Shown piece by piece: positions 41,560 to 43,394 of a stretch of 43,394 bases of DNA; within the stretch, counting starts at the first letter, position 1, and every line of letters starts with the position of its first letter. Where the stretch lies: positions 1 through 43,394 of the IMG/VR virus record IMGVR_UViG_3300015263_000944; one strand, 5' to 3'. Position numbers and translations under genes: made by a program. Source of the DNA: a virus. The notes below the pieces were generated by a model. It ran no database searches and had not been told where the DNA came from. It was given only the letters and a program-made list of their open reading frames with translations.

Positions 41560-41984
41560 GCACTATTAGAGTTCGACTGCGGTAAAAAGAATCCGCAATT
41601 AGTGCATTGTTCACCTTCGACACGATGCTTGCATTTGGGACAATACGGCTCGAAGGGGTTGATGTTGCTGCGGATCAAACTCCACTCCTCGTCGGTGGGT
41701 TCCCGCCAGCAATTTGTGCTCACATCCACATCATATTCACCTTCCCAATCCCGTGAGTAATGGAAGATGCCTTCCCAGACCCAAATGCCTTCATCGGGGG
41801 AGTTGTTGTCGGTGATCCCCAATTCATCAGCACTGGCTCCAAGGGCGTCGATTTCATGTTCAAGAATTTCGCCGTAGAACCAGATGATGAAGCCTCCAGA
41901 CTTGGAGAATCCGATCAGTGCTCGTTGAACCGGGTCCGCTGGAAAACTTGCTTCCTGACTAATCTGGCTCAGATCGAATTTCAT
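41550..41984 (-). CDS. hypothetical acidic protein with C-terminal zinc ribbon (CPKC...CTNC)
   Basis: Track ORF 41550..42017 (TTG) trimmed to ATG 41984, which overlaps the upstream TGA as ATGA; TAG stop. Confidence 0.4.
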   Translation of the reverse strand: MKFDLSQISQEASFPADPVQRALIGFSKSGGFIIWFYGEILEHEIDALGASADELGITDNNSPDEGIWVWEGIFHYSRDWEGEYDVDVSTNCWREPTDEEWSLIRSNINPFEPYCPKCKHRVEGEQCTNCGFFLPQSNSNSACG

Positions 41985-43012
41985 AACAGAATCTCTGAGA
42001 GGTGCTTCATGTCCCAACTCATATTGTCGAAGACAGGTGTATCCGTGTAACTGCTGAGTTCTTTGATCCCCAGTGGTGAAGAAGAAATCTTCCCAGAAAC
42101 AGCATCCGGTTTCAAGCCGAACTGGCTTTGGAGCACTTGTAGGCCACCCACCGCTCCGAACGCATCGCTGGCAGCAAAGATCAGACGGTGGATGCGTTTC
42201 TGAACCGTTGGATTCGACAACAGCATGGCCGTCTCACGCTGGATGATTCCATCTGCTAACTCCACAACCCAGAAGTTGCGTGGGTTGTTGGCATACTTCA
42301 GGTCAGTCTCGTTAAAGATTCGCAACAACTCCGACTCGTCCATCATGTATGTTGATGGATACCCGAAGTATGTGAAATCGTTGATGTAAGATGCGCCACA
42401 ATCCTGCATTCGCAGGATATCTTTCAAGCTGGCTGTCCCTGTGATCTTCGAGGCCCGGACATTGTGTCCCATTGACGAAAGAGCCCAACAGCAGGCTGCC
42501 GCCGTATAACTCTTGCCAGCATTCATCGATGTCCCCACCACCAAGATCAGTTTGGCACGAGAATCTTTCTCATCGGCATCAGTCGCCTTGGGTTTGATGA
42601 TGGGATAACGACGTGTGTTGAGCACCTCGCCATCGTCGTCGATAACGTAACCCAGCACCTTGATCTTAGTGGGTTCTTGGATCACCGAATTCTTATGGAG
42701 CATCGTGGCAATCACGCCAGAGCGTGCCACGAGGTCAATCTCATGGGGGCAATCATCTGGGATGATAGCCTCGTAATAGTCTGGGGCATAGCGGTTGCCG
42801 AAAACGAACAGCCCTTTTGTGCCCTCGTTCACGGAGTGGATTCGGCCCGACTTGTTCTCCAGATCGGTGTGTTGTCCCTTGCGGACGACTTTGCCATAAA
42901 CAACATCACCGATCTCAGGTTTTTTGTCCCGAAACTCATACGACTTGATGAGTTTCTTTCCGAGACAATAGGCCGCACTGGTGAAGATATAGCCGGGGGA
43001 AATCCGTTTCAT
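41981..43012 (-). CDS. DUF1611-like protein with CobQ/MinD-type P-loop (GTSMNAGKS)
   Basis: Track ORF 41981..43081 trimmed to ATG 43012 (MKRISPGYIF) overlapping the upstream TGA. Confidence 0.45.
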   Translation of the reverse strand: MKRISPGYIFTSAAYCLGKKLIKSYEFRDKKPEIGDVVYGKVVRKGQHTDLENKSGRIHSVNEGTKGLFVFGNRYAPDYYEAIIPDDCPHEIDLVARSGVIATMLHKNSVIQEPTKIKVLGYVIDDDGEVLNTRRYPIIKPKATDADEKDSRAKLILVVGTSMNAGKSYTAAACCWALSSMGHNVRASKITGTASLKDILRMQDCGASYINDFTYFGYPSTYMMDESELLRIFNETDLKYANNPRNFWVVELADGIIQRETAMLLSNPTVQKRIHRLIFAASDAFGAVGGLQVLQSQFGLKPDAVSGKISSSPLGIKELSSYTDTPVFDNMSWDMKHLSEILL

Positions 43013-43383
43013 TCCTCGTCCTTTACGAAGTAAGAACAGTAAGGGCAGTAGGCCCAGTGAGGTTCGAGTTCTTTCTGGCAATTCTTACAAACCGGATCTT
43101 CGTCATCGTGCCAACGATCTTTCTTGTGCCATCGAATTTGCAACAACACAATGACAACTGGCACGATGGTCGCCATCTGTCTGAAAATCCAGATGATGTC
43201 ACCGGTGCCATTGTGCCAATCGATAGATGCTTTCGTCAATAGGGCGAAGTATCCAACAAGTAAGAACGCATAAGTCCAACCGGAGATATCCCGCACTTCA
43301 CGATGTTTATGAATCTTCCAGACTTGCAACCAATAGCTGGCCGCAAGCACGCCAATGGCGATCCATGTGATTGTTTGAATCAT
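43009..43383 (-). CDS. small membrane protein (LAB_N-like domain, tentative) with C-terminal zinc ribbon
   Basis: Track ORF, ATG with SD AGGAAGG. Confidence 0.45.
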   Translation of the reverse strand: MIQTITWIAIGVLAASYWLQVWKIHKHREVRDISGWTYAFLLVGYFALLTKASIDWHNGTGDIIWIFRQMATIVPVVIVLLQIRWHKKDRWHDDEDPVCKNCQKELEPHWAYCPYCSYFVKDEE

Positions 43384-43394
43384 TCGTCCTTCCT

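Noticed and set aside
1-43394. CRISPR arrays, rRNA genes, IS elements or transposases, integrase and attachment sites, virion structural genes
   Set aside because: I found no direct-repeat/spacer architecture, no rRNA-like stretches, no DDE or tyrosine/serine recombinase motifs and no recognisable capsid, portal, terminase or tail proteins. I cannot exclude divergent structural proteins among the hypotheticals.

Overview
This 43.4-kb window looks like a non-structural region of a large phage or phage-like mobile element. About 60 genes are packed tightly, almost all on the minus strand. Many starts overlap the preceding stop (ATGA or GTGA) or sit behind strong Shine-Dalgarno sites. I found no capsid, tail or terminase genes, no CRISPR array, no rRNA and no transposase.

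Recognisable content, by hand motif-matching only:
- Anti-restriction and DNA metabolism: ArdC-like protein, RuvB-like AAA+ ATPase, a ParB-like nuclease-domain protein next to a PAPS-reductase/DndC-like PP-loop protein, and an HNH endonuclease.
- Transcription: a sigma-70-family sigma factor and a small HTH protein.
- tRNA locus (15.9-16.3 kb): a tRNA with anticodon CUA (amber suppressor) and two atypical tRNA-like elements. The genes on either side (a PTH2-like peptidyl-tRNA hydrolase and a conserved HDHPW-motif protein) each begin SD-ATG-NNN-TAG-AAC. They can only be made full-length by amber read-through.
- RNA repair: a 5'-partial Rnl1-like RNA ligase at the window edge and a second compact KxDG ligase.
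- NAD, ADP-ribose and alarmone enzymes: a WGR + PARP-catalytic-domain protein, two Nudix proteins (one fused to a deoxyribosyltransferase-like domain) and a small alarmone hydrolase.
- 3' accessory cluster (29-43 kb): three paralogous radical-SAM enzymes with a non-canonical Cys motif, a carbamoyltransferase, a sulfotransferase, two glycosyltransferases, a C39-like peptidase and membrane proteins.

Two regulatory signal classes recur. One is a 13-16-nt motif (minus strand TAACACCCGCTTGT) at 10 gene junctions in the 0.8-10.2 kb block and upstream of the PARP gene, usually right after a hairpin or overlapping the upstream stop codon. The other is a host-sigma70-like TTTACA-N17-TACAAT promoter family with a shared CCCGATCAAGGAG leader in the 10-30 kb block.

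All functional calls rest on motifs I recognised by eye. None are database hits. My reading of coordinates by eye carries a +/-1-2 nt risk; gene ends are taken from the ORF track.
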